Assembly: GCF_000441555.1 (NCBI RefSeq)
Contig: NC_021885.1
Location: forward strand, 420,001 to 452,000
Direction: 5' to 3'
DNA from: Candidatus Profftella armatura
GTDB lineage: Bacteria; Pseudomonadota; Gammaproteobacteria; Burkholderiales; Burkholderiaceae
DNA length: 32,000 nt
The notes beneath the pieces were generated by a model that was not told the origin of the DNA, did not search any database, and worked only from the letters and a program-made list of their open reading frames with translations. The position numbers were made by a program, and so were the translations under genes. Below, one piece after another: positions 1 to 9,797 of this stretch; positions within the stretch are counted from its first letter, which is position 1; every line of letters begins with the position of its first letter.

Positions 1-447
1 TGTAAAAATGAATTATCTAAATTTGCTCCACGTTTAATTACAATTAAAATTGATCCATCAAAAATTCGTGATGTTATTGGGAAAGGTGGATCTACAATTC
101 GAACATTAACTGAAGAAACTGGAACTCAAATTGATATTAATGATGAAGGTATAATTACTATTGCTTCATTTAATTCAGTTTCTGGTCAAGAAGCTAAGAG
201 ACGAATTGAAAAACTTACTGAATCTGTTCAAATTGGAAAAGTGTATACTGGAATAGTTTTAAGATTATTTGATTTTGGTGCTATTATTCGAATTTTATCT
301 GGAAAAGACGGTTTATTGCATATTAGCCAAATTTCTAGTAAACGTGTAAATATAATTACTGATTTTCTAAAAGAAAATCAAAAAGTTCGAGTAAAAGTAT
401 TAGGAATAGATGATCGTGGACGTATTAAATTATCAATGATTTATTAG
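1..447 (+). CDS. pnp: Polynucleotide phosphorylase, C-terminal part (KH + S1 domains); 5' end lies outside the window
   Basis: Frame 1 is open from the window edge. The translation [41 protein letters not shown] contains the KH-domain GKGG loop. It is followed by an S1-like segment, [34 protein letters not shown]...[17 protein letters not shown]. Stop TAG is at 445-447. Confidence 0.9.
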   Translation, partial: CKNELSKFAPRLITIKIDPSKIRDVIGKGGSTIRTLTEETGTQIDINDEGIITIASFNSVSGQEAKRRIEKLTESVQIGKVYTGIVLRLFDFGAIIRILSGKDGLLHISQISSKRVNIITDFLKENQKVRVKVLGIDDRGRIKLSMIY

Positions 448-523
448 AAATAAAATGTTACTTTAAAAAATTAAAATCAAATTCACTTAATAAAATAAAA
501 TTAATAAAATAAAATTTTTAAAA

Positions 524-600
524 TGGGGTGGACGACGGGGCTCGAACCCGCGACAACAGGAATCACAATCCTGGACTCTACCAACTGAGCTACATCCACC
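524..600 (-). tRNA. tRNA-His (anticodon GTG), with encoded G-1 and 3' CCA
   Basis: The reverse complement GGTGGATGTAGCTCAGTTGGTAGAGTCCAGGATTGTGATTCCTGTTGTCGCGGGTTCGAGCCCCGTCGTCCACCCCA folds into a 77-nt cloverleaf. Anticodon loop is TTGTGAT. The extra 5' G pairs with discriminator C, which is the His hallmark. Confidence 0.95.
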
Positions 601-690
601 ATAAATTAATTAAAAAAATATTTCTTGTATTCTACATTAATATAATATTTTTTCAAAATTCATATTTTATTAATGAAATACCATAAAAAA

Positions 691-2214
691 TTATGTTAAA
701 TTAGAATTTTCTATAGAAATATATTTTTTCCATTTTTTTGGGCCATCAATATGTATTGACTTTCCAAGTGAATCTATTGCTACTGTAACAGGCATATTTT
801 CTACATTAAATTCGTAAATTGCTTCCATTCCTAAATCTTCGAAACATATTATTTTTGCAGACTTTATCGCTTTTGATATTAAATAAGCGGCCCCTCCTAC
901 TGCAACTAAATAAGCTATTTTTTGTTTTTTAATTAATTTTATTATTTTATCACTTCGCTCAGCTTTTCCTATCATAGCAATTAAACCAATTTTTTCTAAA
1001 ATTAAATTAGTAAAATGATCCATTCTACTAGCAGTAGTTGGTCCAGCTGGTCCAATCACTTCATTTCGAACTGGATTTATTGGTCCTACATAATAAATTA
1101 CACGATTATTAAAATTTACTGGTATTTTTTCTCCTTTAGATAACATATATTGAATACGATTATGCGCGGCATCTCTTCCTGTTAATATTTTTCCATTTAA
1201 TAATAAAATTTCTCCAGATCTCCAAGAAGAAACTTCTTTTTTAGTTAAAGTATTAAGATTAACATAATGAAATTTTTTATTATTTGTGGTAAATTTTATT
1301 TTAGGCCAATTTGATAACGATGGTGGTTTCATAAAAACCGGTCCAGAACCATTCAAGATAATATGACCATGTCTAGTTGCTGCACAATTAGGGATTATTG
1401 CAACTGGTTTGGATGCAGCATGAGTGGGATACATCATAATTTTAACATCTAATACTGTACTTAATCCTCCCATACCTTGGGCACCAATACCTAATGAATT
1501 TATTTTATTAAATAATTCAAGGCGTAATTCTTCTATTTTATTTTTTGGACCATTTTTAATTATGCTATTCATATTAATATCTTGCATTAATACTTTTTTA
1601 GCCATTAACATTGCTTTTTCTGGAGTTCCTCCGATACCAATACCTAATATACCCGGAGGACACCAACCTGCTCCCATAGTTGGAACAGTTTTCATGATCC
1701 AATCCACTAATGAATCAGAAGGATTTAGCATAGCAAATTTTGTTTTATTTTCCGATCCTCCTCCCTTAGATGCAATTTTTATATCCAAAAAATTTCCTGG
1801 CACTAATTCCATATTAATTACAGCTGGGGTATTATCTTGAGTATTTTTACGTATAAAATGCGGATCAGACACGATTGAGGCTCGTAATATATTATTTGGA
1901 TTAGTATATCCACGACGAACACCTTCATTGATAACATCATGTATTGATCCATTAAATCCTTTAAATCGTACATTCATTCCTATTTTTAGAAAAACATTCA
2001 CAATTCCAGTATCTTGGCAAATTGGACGTTTTTCTTTTGCGCACATACGAGAATTTATTAATATTTGTGCTATAGCATCTTTAGCAGCTATTCCCTTTTC
2101 CATTTTATATGCGCGAGTTAAATGTTGAATATAATCAATCGGATGATAATAACTAATATATTGTATTGCTGACGCAATAGATTCAATAATATCGAATTCT
2201 TTTATAATGGTCAT
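691..2214 (-). CDS. fumA: Class I (Fe-S dependent) fumarate hydratase, fused alpha/beta type
   Basis: 507-aa ORF. The N-terminal region ...CQDTGIVNVFLKIGMNV... is typical of Fe-S hydro-lyase alpha domains, and the C-terminal part GPTTASRMD...AVGGAAYL matches the beta domain. The length fits the ~500-aa fused class I fumarases. Confidence 0.85.
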   Translation of the reverse strand: MTIIKEFDIIESIASAIQYISYYHPIDYIQHLTRAYKMEKGIAAKDAIAQILINSRMCAKEKRPICQDTGIVNVFLKIGMNVRFKGFNGSIHDVINEGVRRGYTNPNNILRASIVSDPHFIRKNTQDNTPAVINMELVPGNFLDIKIASKGGGSENKTKFAMLNPSDSLVDWIMKTVPTMGAGWCPPGILGIGIGGTPEKAMLMAKKVLMQDINMNSIIKNGPKNKIEELRLELFNKINSLGIGAQGMGGLSTVLDVKIMMYPTHAASKPVAIIPNCAATRHGHIILNGSGPVFMKPPSLSNWPKIKFTTNNKKFHYVNLNTLTKKEVSSWRSGEILLLNGKILTGRDAAHNRIQYMLSKGEKIPVNFNNRVIYYVGPINPVRNEVIGPAGPTTASRMDHFTNLILEKIGLIAMIGKAERSDKIIKLIKKQKIAYLVAVGGAAYLISKAIKSAKIICFEDLGMEAIYEFNVENMPVTVAIDSLGKSIHIDGPKKWKKYISIENSNLT

Positions 2215-2251
2215 TTAATAAAATTTTTTAATATAAAATTATTAACATAAT

Positions 2252-2719
2252 TTAACTTCCAACCCATGGTAAATTTTCAGAACACCAACCGGTTAATTCT
2301 TTGCGATGACCTTTAATATTTTTAATACCCTCAAATCCATGTAAAATATTAAAACAATTAATATATCCATTTTTTGCAACAAATTCTGCTGCTTCTTTTG
2401 ATCGTTCGCCAGATCTACATAAAAATAATAGAATTTGTTTTTTATTTTTAAATAAATTTTTAAATTTATAAATAAAAAAAGGATTTAATGTATTTTCTGG
2501 ATAAATTTTCCATTCTATTTCCGTGTATTGACTAGGATTAATTTTTACTTTTCCTATCCAATTTAGTTCAGATTTAGTACGAACATCTATTAATTTGATA
2601 TTGATATCATTACATAGTAGTATATAACCTTGAGAAGGTGTTATTGATCCAGCATATGAAAAAAAATTTTCATTATGTAATCGGGCTTCTTGCAATAATA
2701 TGTTTTTTATATTATTCAT
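2252..2719 (-). CDS. Rhodanese-domain sulfurtransferase-like protein
   Basis: 155-aa ORF with the rhodanese pattern (LIDVRTKSE...W) and an active-site loop CRSGERS. Confidence 0.7.
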   Translation of the reverse strand: MNNIKNILLQEARLHNENFFSYAGSITPSQGYILLCNDINIKLIDVRTKSELNWIGKVKINPSQYTEIEWKIYPENTLNPFFIYKFKNLFKNKKQILLFLCRSGERSKEAAEFVAKNGYINCFNILHGFEGIKNIKGHRKELTGWCSENLPWVGS

Positions 2720-2902
2720 TATTTATATAATATTTTATAGTTAAAATATATTTTTTATTTTTTAAATTTATAATTTAATGAAAATTTTTTATTAAATTAT
2801 ATCATGCAAAATAGTTTATGTAAAAAATAAAAACATAAATTATAAAAAAATAAATTTAATTATTATTAATTTTGAATAACGCTTACTAGATAAAAATAAA
2901 AT

Positions 2903-3226
2903 ATGACTCATGTTGTCACTGAATCTTGTATTCTTTGCAGATATACAGATTGTGTTAATGTTTGCCCGGTTGATTGCTTTCGAATGGGTTCAAATTTCCT
3001 GGTTATTGATCCAGAAGAATGCATTGATTGCGCTGTATGTGTAGCAGAATGCCCTGTTAGCGCTATTTATGCAGAAGAAGATGTTCCATCTGAACAAAAA
3101 CATTTTATTAAAATTAATTCTGAATTAACAAAAAAATGGCCATCAATAACAAAATCAATAGATCCATTACCTGAAGCTGATAAATGGAAAAATGTTACTA
3201 AAAAATTAGTATATTTAAAAAAATAA
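2903..3226 (+). CDS. fdxA: 7Fe (Azotobacter-type) ferredoxin
   Basis: 107 aa. The cysteine pattern is CxxCxxxxCxxxCP ... CxxCxxCxxxCP (CILCRYTDCVNVCP / CIDCAVCVAECP), with the usual C-terminal extension. Confidence 0.9.
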   Translation: MTHVVTESCILCRYTDCVNVCPVDCFRMGSNFLVIDPEECIDCAVCVAECPVSAIYAEEDVPSEQKHFIKINSELTKKWPSITKSIDPLPEADKWKNVTKKLVYLKK

Positions 3227-3259
3227 AATAAATTAATAATATAGGAAATTTTATTATTT

Positions 3260-4309
3260 ATGAAAATTAATACAGTAAAAACAGATGCCGTAATTATTGG
3301 AGCTGGTCCAGTTGGATTATTTCAAATTTTTGAATTAGGTTTGCTTGAAATTAAAACGCACGTAATTGATTCTTTGAATAAAGTTGGTGGTCAATGTATT
3401 GAATTATATCCAGATAAACCAATTTATGATATACCAGCTGTACCAATTTATACTGGACGAGAATTAATTGATAATCTTTTAAAACAAGTAGAACCATTTT
3501 CTCCTGTTTTTCATTTAGGAGAAGAAGTAATATCAATTAAAAAACGTGAAAACGGTTATTTTGATCTTATTACCTCTATTGGAAAACATTTTATAACTAA
3601 AACTATTTTCATTGCAGCGGGAGTAGGTTCTTTTCAACCACGTACCTTAAAAGTTGAAGGAATAAAACAATTTACAAATTCACAATTATTTTATCAAATA
3701 AAAAATCCTAGTATTTTTTATGATAAAAATATAATAATTTGTGGGGGAGGAGATTCAGCATTGGATTGGGCATTAAATATGGTAGGAAAAGCTGAATCAG
3801 TGATTTTATTACATCGTAGTAATAATTTCAGGGCAGCACCATCTTCAGTGTCAAAAATGAAAATATTATGTGATAATTATGAAATGCAATTTATTGTTGG
3901 ACAAATTACTGGAATAGAAATAAATAATAATAAATTAAATAAAATTAAAGTTACTAGTAAAGATGGGGTTACTAGAAGAATACCATTAGATATGTTATTA
4001 GTATTTTTTGGACTTTCTCCTAAATTAGGTCCTATCACTAAATGGGGCGTTGATATAATTAATAAACAAATAAAAGTCTGTAATACAGAAAAGTTTGAAA
4101 CTAATATTCCTGGTATTTTTGCGGTAGGAGATATTAATACATATCCAGGAAAAAAGAAATTAATTTTATCTGGTTTTCACGAAGCCGCTTTAGCAGCTTT
4201 TGGTGCTATTCCATATATTTTTCCAGATAAAAAAATAAATATGCAATACACTACTACATCTACAAAATTACATAAAATACTCAAAGTTAATTCATCAGTA
4301 TTTCATTAA
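3260..4309 (+). CDS. Ferredoxin-NADP+ reductase, thioredoxin-reductase-like type
   Basis: 349 aa. It has an FAD fold ([10 protein letters not shown]) and [17 protein letters not shown], a second dinucleotide fold ([12 protein letters not shown]), and a C-terminal [10 protein letters not shown]. The TrxR redox CxxC is absent. The gene sits directly downstream of fdxA. Confidence 0.8.
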   Translation: MKINTVKTDAVIIGAGPVGLFQIFELGLLEIKTHVIDSLNKVGGQCIELYPDKPIYDIPAVPIYTGRELIDNLLKQVEPFSPVFHLGEEVISIKKRENGYFDLITSIGKHFITKTIFIAAGVGSFQPRTLKVEGIKQFTNSQLFYQIKNPSIFYDKNIIICGGGDSALDWALNMVGKAESVILLHRSNNFRAAPSSVSKMKILCDNYEMQFIVGQITGIEINNNKLNKIKVTSKDGVTRRIPLDMLLVFFGLSPKLGPITKWGVDIINKQIKVCNTEKFETNIPGIFAVGDINTYPGKKKLILSGFHEAALAAFGAIPYIFPDKKINMQYTTTSTKLHKILKVNSSVFH

Positions 4310-4332
4310 TATTTAAATTTAAATTATATAAG

Positions 4333-4361
4333 CGTTCCGCTTAATTATTGACGGCGGAACG
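4333..4361. terminator. Candidate bidirectional intrinsic terminator hairpin between convergent FNR and rplS
   Basis: A perfect 8-bp GC-rich stem, CGTTCCGC (4333-4340) / GCGGAACG (4354-4361), with a 13-nt loop. It stands out against the AT-rich background. AT/T-rich sequence flanks both sides. Confidence 0.45.
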
Positions 4362-4367
4362 ACTTAA

Positions 4368-4727
4368 TTATTTTTTTAATAATTTTTCTTTGATACGAGC
4401 CGATTTTCCTGAACATTTACGTAAATAATATAATTTAGCTCGACGTACATCACCTCTACGTTTAACTATAATAGATGAAATAATCGGGGAATATAATTGA
4501 AATGTTCTTTCAATTCCTTCATTATAAGAAATTTTGCGAACAATAAAATTTGAATTTAACCCCTTATTACGTCTAGAAATAACTATTCCTTCATAGGCCT
4601 GTATTCGTTTTCTTGTTCCTTCAATTACATTCAAATTCACAATAATAGTATCTCCAGTAACAAAATCAGGAATATTTTTTTTTAATCGAATTATTTCTTC
4701 TTGTTCGATTTTTTGAATTAAATTCAT
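4368..4727 (-). CDS. rplS: 50S ribosomal protein L19
   Basis: 119 aa. [11 protein letters not shown]...[46 protein letters not shown] matches the L19 pattern. It is the last gene of the conserved rpsP-rimM-trmD-rplS order. Confidence 0.95.
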   Translation of the reverse strand: MNLIQKIEQEEIIRLKKNIPDFVTGDTIIVNLNVIEGTRKRIQAYEGIVISRRNKGLNSNFIVRKISYNEGIERTFQLYSPIISSIIVKRRGDVRRAKLYYLRKCSGKSARIKEKLLKK

Positions 4728-4752
4728 GTTTAAAATTCCAATAATTTTTATA

Positions 4753-5493
4753 TTATTTTTTGTTAATTTTTTTTAAAAATTCTTCATCAGTGCATGTTAA
4801 AAACTTATTTTTACGTGCTTTTATAATTAAATCTGGTCTTTTTTTATTAGTTATTTTAAGTGAATTTTTACGTTTCCATTTTTTTATTTTTTTATGATTA
4901 CCGCTAAGTAAAACTATTGGAACTTCCATATTAAGATATATTCTAGGTTTTGTATAATATGAACAATCCAATAAACCATTTATAAAACTATCTTGCATAT
5001 TTAATTTATTATTCAATACTTTAGGTAACAACCTAACAATAGCATCTATAAGCATCATAGCAGGTAATTCACCGCCAGATAAGATAAAATCTCCAACACT
5101 AATTTCTTCATCTATAAAATTATCTAAAAAACGTTGATCAATTGCTTGATATCGCCCGCATAATAGTATTAAATTAGATTCTTTTAATAATTTTATAATA
5201 ATATTATGTGTAAGCTTTTTACCTTGAGGTGACATATAAATAATTTTTGGTATTTTTTTTATATTCTTTTTTATTGCTGTTATTGTATCTTCTATAGGTT
5301 TACCTAACATTATCATTCCTACACCGCCCCCGTATGGATAATCATCAATTTTACGATAATTATTAGAAGAAAAATTACGAGGATTCCATAAATTTAAAGA
5401 ATATTGTTTTTTTTCAAATGCGCGTCTTGTAATACCTGATTGAGTAATAGCGGAAAACATTTCAGGAAATAATGTAATAACATCAAATTGCAT
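4753..5493 (-). CDS. trmD: tRNA (guanine37-N1)-methyltransferase
   Basis: 246 aa. Motifs: [62 protein letters not shown]. Confidence 0.95.
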   Translation of the reverse strand: MQFDVITLFPEMFSAITQSGITRRAFEKKQYSLNLWNPRNFSSNNYRKIDDYPYGGGVGMIMLGKPIEDTITAIKKNIKKIPKIIYMSPQGKKLTHNIIIKLLKESNLILLCGRYQAIDQRFLDNFIDEEISVGDFILSGGELPAMMLIDAIVRLLPKVLNNKLNMQDSFINGLLDCSYYTKPRIYLNMEVPIVLLSGNHKKIKKWKRKNSLKITNKKRPDLIIKARKNKFLTCTDEEFLKKINKK

Positions 5494-5524
5494 TTTTATT
5501 ATTTCTTGTAAAAATTATAATAAT

Positions 5525-6103
5525 TTAATCCCAGTCAACTATAATTTTCTTTTTAATTATATCAACATTTTTAATAAATATTTTAATAAAAGGAATTAAT
5601 ATCCCATATTTTTTTTTATATTTTTTTGTACAAATTATTTCAGTTGATGATTGTATTATTCTTAAAATTGAATGTACTTTATTTTGTATAATTTCAGTAA
5701 CAGTTCCTAATAATTTTCCATGAATATTCTCAACTATACAATCAATCAAATTAAACCAATAAAATGTATCAGATGATAATAATTTTGGAAAATCATTAAT
5801 AGATATTTTAAGATAATATCCCTGTAATTTTGTTGCTAAATTACGATCTGTTATTCCGTATAAATTAGCTAATACATAATTTCCATGATTTTTTTTATTT
5901 AATATTTTAATAGAAAATAATTTTAAAGAATTTGGATCAAAGAACCAAATTTTTCGTGCATAAAAAAAAATATTTTTATCATCTAAAAATAATTTAATAA
6001 GTATCCATCCAAAAATACCATATGCTCTTAAAACAACCCCAATTGTTATTAAATCTTTTGTAAAAATTTTAGATTGATTATTTATATAATTAATTTTTTT
6101 CAA
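5525..6103 (-). CDS. rimM: 16S rRNA processing protein RimM
   Basis: 192 aa, placed between rpsP and trmD. It has LITIGVVLRAYGIFGWILIK (RimM N-domain) and a PRC-barrel-like C-terminus (FYWFNLIDCIVENIHGKLLGTVTEI). Confidence 0.8.
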   Translation of the reverse strand: MKKINYINNQSKIFTKDLITIGVVLRAYGIFGWILIKLFLDDKNIFFYARKIWFFDPNSLKLFSIKILNKKNHGNYVLANLYGITDRNLATKLQGYYLKISINDFPKLLSSDTFYWFNLIDCIVENIHGKLLGTVTEIIQNKVHSILRIIQSSTEIICTKKYKKKYGILIPFIKIFIKNVDIIKKKIIVDWD

Positions 6104-6115
6104 TTACTTCATAAT

Positions 6116-6373
6116 TTATAAATTAAAATAATTTTTATTATTATAACGAATCAAACGATCGACCGTTAATGATGTTTTAGCTCCAACTTGTTTCCAATAA
6201 GTAAATCTATTTAATAAAATTTTAAATTTTTTTTCTTTTTTAGAGGCCAATGGATTATAAAAACCTATTCGCTCAATAAAACGACCATCTCTACTATTTC
6301 TAGAATCAGTTGCTATAATATTAAAAAAAGGACGATTTTTTGCGCCTTTACGTGTTAATCGAATAATAACCAT
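6116..6373 (-). CDS. rpsP: 30S ribosomal protein S16
   Basis: The conserved S16 N-terminus [41 protein letters not shown] begins at the ATG at 6373-6371. The 36 extra codons in the ORF track are low-complexity and overlap the upstream gene, so I trimmed them. Confidence 0.9.
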   Translation of the reverse strand: MVIIRLTRKGAKNRPFFNIIATDSRNSRDGRFIERIGFYNPLASKKEKKFKILLNRFTYWKQVGAKTSLTVDRLIRYNNKNYFNL

Positions 6374-6416
6374 TTTATAATAATTTCCAAAATATTTATA
6401 AAATTTAATTTTAATT

Positions 6417-7151
6417 TCATTTAAAATTATTTTTATTGATATATTTATTTTTTGATAAATAAATACTCGAACAAACAACAATAATTGACATTATAATACC
6501 AGGTAAACTAATATGCAATTCCATGTTGAATATAAAAATATTTTTTATCAATAATTTATTTATTTGTAATTGCGTAAGAGATTGATCAGAAAAAATCATA
6601 TTACCAGATAAATAACCCAATAATATTGAACATAATATAATAATACTTGAAAATTTTTCTATTAAAATTAGAACTAATTTACTGCCAAAAATAATAATTG
6701 GTATACTAAATAGTATACCAATTATTACTAATAACATTTGATATTTGTTTGATATTTGAGATGCTGTTCCAGCGATAGCTAATACATTATCTATACTCAT
6801 AATTAAATCCGCAAAAATAATAGTTTTAATCGCGTGAATTAAATTTTTACCACTAGCAATAGTGGTATAATTATGATCATTAGATAGTAATTTTATACTA
6901 ATCCAAAAAAGAAGAAAACCTCCAATTATTTTTATATATTTTAAATTTAATAAATTTATTGAAAATATAACTAATATTATTCGAATAGCAATAGCCCCAA
7001 ATGTACCAAAAATAATTCCTTTTGTTCGTATATTAGGTTGTAAATTTCGACAAGCAAGGGCAATAATAATGGCATTATCACCTCCCAGTAAAATATCTAT
7101 TAAAATAATTTGTATAATAGAAATTCCGTTTGATGCTGTTAAGAATGTCAT
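6417..7151 (-). CDS. TerC/YjbE-family integral membrane protein
   Basis: 244 aa, with multiple hydrophobic helices. It carries the paired family motifs [11 protein letters not shown] and [11 protein letters not shown]. Confidence 0.8.
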   Translation of the reverse strand: MTFLTASNGISIIQIILIDILLGGDNAIIIALACRNLQPNIRTKGIIFGTFGAIAIRIILVIFSINLLNLKYIKIIGGFLLFWISIKLLSNDHNYTTIASGKNLIHAIKTIIFADLIMSIDNVLAIAGTASQISNKYQMLLVIIGILFSIPIIIFGSKLVLILIEKFSSIIILCSILLGYLSGNMIFSDQSLTQLQINKLLIKNIFIFNMELHISLPGIIMSIIVVCSSIYLSKNKYINKNNFK

Positions 7152-7308
7152 TTTTTTAATTTCTTTCTATTTATAAAAATTTTAATAAAATTTTTTTTAT
7201 CTAGCCTTTGAAAGATTAGGTAACAAAACAAATAAGTAAATATTTAAATGAATTTAAATATTTAAAAAGGATAACTTTATTAAGTCTCTCCTTTTTATTC
7301 TATATTAT

Positions 7309-8190
7309 TTACAATATTTTTTTCAATAAATATCCTATTTCTGAATGATTTTTTGTTATAAAAATTCCACAGGATTCCATAATATCTAATTTAGATTGAG
7401 CGGTATCAAAATCACCTGTAATTAAGGCTCCAGCATGACCCATGCGTTTTCCTGGGGGAGCGGTAATTCCAGCTATAAATCCAATAACTGGTTTTTTCAT
7501 ATTTTTTTTAATCCAATTTGCTGCATATATTTCATCTAATCCACCAATTTCTCCAATCATAATAACTGCATCAGTATTTTGATCTTCATTAAATAATTTT
7601 AATATATCAATATATTTTAATCCATTAATTGGATCCCCGCCAATTCCAACTGCTGAAGATTGACCAAAACCTAATTCAGTTAATTGACAAACCACTTCAT
7701 AAGTTAATGTTCCTGAACGAGAAACAACACCAATTCTACCTTTTTTATGAATATTTCCGGGCATAATTCCAATTTTTATCTCCTCAGGTACAATTAAACC
7801 TGGGCAATTTGGACCCAATAATAGTGTTTTACTATTATTTTTTTTCATTTTATTTTTTAAAATTAACATATCACGAACAGGAATACCTTCTGTAATACAA
7901 ATCACTAATTCTAACTCAGATTCTATAGCCTCCCAAATTGCAGAAGTAGCAAAAATTGCTGGAACATAAATAACAGAAACCGTTGCCCCTGTTTCATTTT
8001 TAGCATTTTTTACTGTATCAAAAATTGGAATTTCTTCAAATTTTTGGCCATTTTTTTTTGGGTTAACCCCCGCTACAAATGCTTTTTTACCATTTCCGTA
8101 ATTAAGACACAAATTAGTATGAAATCGACCAGTTTTTCCTGTAATTCCTTGAGTAATAACTTTTGTATTTTTTGTAATTAAGATTGACAT
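7309..8190 (-). CDS. sucD: Succinyl-CoA synthetase alpha subunit
   Basis: 293 aa. Motifs: VITQGITGKTG, SRSGTLTYE, GIGGDP, MGHAGA (phosphohistidine loop). Confidence 0.95.
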   Translation of the reverse strand: MSILITKNTKVITQGITGKTGRFHTNLCLNYGNGKKAFVAGVNPKKNGQKFEEIPIFDTVKNAKNETGATVSVIYVPAIFATSAIWEAIESELELVICITEGIPVRDMLILKNKMKKNNSKTLLLGPNCPGLIVPEEIKIGIMPGNIHKKGRIGVVSRSGTLTYEVVCQLTELGFGQSSAVGIGGDPINGLKYIDILKLFNEDQNTDAVIMIGEIGGLDEIYAANWIKKNMKKPVIGFIAGITAPPGKRMGHAGALITGDFDTAQSKLDIMESCGIFITKNHSEIGYLLKKIL

Positions 8191-8199
8191 AAATATTTT

Positions 8200-9390
8200 T
8201 TATTTAAAATTATTATTTTTAGATATAAAAATAGCTTTTTTTGCTGCTTCTTCTAAATTATTTACATTAATTATTGGTAAATTTGATTTAGTTAATATTT
8301 TTTTTCCAATATCTTCATTCGTGCCCTTCATTCGAACAATTAAAGGAATATCTAATAAAAGAGATTTAAATGCTGATATAATTCCATAAGCAACTATATC
8401 ACAACGAACAATTCCACCAAAAATATTTACTAAAATAGTTTTTAAATTATTTTGTTGCATCATTATTTTAAATGCTTCTGTTATTGTTTTTATTGTTGCA
8501 CCACCCCCAATATCAAGAAAATTAGCCGGTTCTCCTCCAAATAGTTTAATAGTATCCATTGTGGCCATAGCTAAACCAGCTCCATTAACTAAACAACCAA
8601 TATTACCATTTAAAGGTATATATGTTAAATCAAATTTTGACGCTTCAATCTCCATTAAATCTATTTTATTTATATATTTTTTATGAGCATATTGATAAGA
8701 AATTATTTCTGGATGACGAAATAATGCGTTTGTATCAAAGTTAAATTTAATATCTAAAGAAATTATTTTATTTTTAGAATTTATTACTAATGGATTAATT
8801 TCCAATAATAAAGAATCAGTTTCCCAATAAGATTTATAAATATTTTGTATTTCTTCATAAAAATTTATTAAAGAATTTTTAGGAATAGAAATTTTTTTAC
8901 TTATATTATCAATATTATTTTTTGTTAAACCAATCAATGGATCAATTATAGTTTTATATAATAATTCTGGAGAATTTTTAGAAATTATTTCAATATCCAT
9001 TCCTCCTTTATTTGACCCCATAAATATTATATTTTGTTGAACCCTATCTGTCATAAAACTAATATATAATTCTTTTTTAATATCTATATATTCTTCAATT
9101 AATACACAAAAAACATTTTCACCTTTTTGATTGGTTTGAGACGTAATTAATTGCATTCCAAGAATTTTTTTTGTATATTTTTCAACTTGTTCTAATGATT
9201 GCGCTAATTTAATTCCCCCGCATTTTCCTCGACCTCCTGCATGAATTTGTGCTTTTATGACCCAAGAATTTCCGCCTATTTTTTTTGCAGCCTTAATTGC
9301 TTCATCTACATTCATGCATAGAATACCTTTTGGAATAGTAACATTAAATTTACGAAGAATTTCTTTACCTTGATATTCATAAATATTCAT
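8200..9390 (-). CDS. sucC: Succinyl-CoA synthetase beta subunit
   Basis: 396 aa. MNIYEYQGKEILRKFNV, an ATP-grasp region (VIKAQIHAGGRGK), and a C-terminal CLVNGAGLAMATMD...GGEPANFLDIGGGA. The gene is directly upstream of sucD. Confidence 0.95.
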   Translation of the reverse strand: MNIYEYQGKEILRKFNVTIPKGILCMNVDEAIKAAKKIGGNSWVIKAQIHAGGRGKCGGIKLAQSLEQVEKYTKKILGMQLITSQTNQKGENVFCVLIEEYIDIKKELYISFMTDRVQQNIIFMGSNKGGMDIEIISKNSPELLYKTIIDPLIGLTKNNIDNISKKISIPKNSLINFYEEIQNIYKSYWETDSLLLEINPLVINSKNKIISLDIKFNFDTNALFRHPEIISYQYAHKKYINKIDLMEIEASKFDLTYIPLNGNIGCLVNGAGLAMATMDTIKLFGGEPANFLDIGGGATIKTITEAFKIMMQQNNLKTILVNIFGGIVRCDIVAYGIISAFKSLLLDIPLIVRMKGTNEDIGKKILTKSNLPIINVNNLEEAAKKAIFISKNNNFK

Positions 9391-9753
9391 ATGAATCCTT
9401 TTATTTTAATAAAATTAAATTTACGAAAAAATATACAAATAACGATCCCTTCTTTTATATATATCACATATATTGAAAACAATAATAGAATTTTTCATTT
9501 TTTGATATTTATCACACCACGCATGCTCCTTCTAAAAAATATTACAAAAATCTATATTTCTAATTTTATTACTAAATACTCAAAATCTTTTTGATTAACA
9601 AATTCAACATGATCCACTCTTTGTTTTTCATAAATTTTTGTAATATAAAATACAAACCATTTTCTAATACCAAGAATTTCTGAATTTTTTTCTGATTGTA
9701 CTATCAATTATTTTAATATTAAGATTCATTTTTTAAAAATATCAAATAGTACT

Positions 9754-9797
9754 AATTATAACCAGTACTAAATATAATTATAACCAGTACTAAATAT
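9754..9797. repeat. Perfect 22-bp tandem duplication (2 copies of AATTATAACCAGTACTAAATAT)
   Basis: Positions 9754-9775 and 9776-9797 are identical base for base. A partial third AGTACTA lies just upstream at ~9748. Confidence 0.95.

Noticed and set aside
1424-2128. ORFs 1424-1840 (+) and 1928-2128 (+)
   Set aside because: They lie entirely antisense within the well-supported fumA gene. Their sequences are low-complexity and hydrophobic, with no motifs. They are typical shadow ORFs of AT-rich DNA.
3351-3536. 61-aa ORF antisense to the FNR gene
   Set aside because: It is a shadow ORF inside a conserved CDS with a repetitive L/Q/K-rich translation.
6374-6481. 5' extension of the rpsP ORF (36 extra codons)
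   Set aside because: The conserved S16 N-terminus begins at the internal ATG (6373). The extension is low-complexity and overlaps the 3' end of the TerC-family gene.
7152-7308. Mn2+ (yybP-ykoY) riboswitch upstream of the TerC-family gene, and a sucD terminator hairpin (7264-7296)
   Set aside because: I could not find the conserved GGGGAGUAG and UUGACA/AGACC elements. The AAAAAGGA...TCCTTTTT inverted repeat is an 8-bp, mostly A-T stem with a 17-nt loop, which is too weak to call.
9370-9594. 74-aa ORF on the plus strand upstream of sucC
   Set aside because: It overlaps the sucC start on the opposite strand. The translation is I/N/K/F low-complexity with no recognisable motif. It is most likely chance in an AT-rich spacer.
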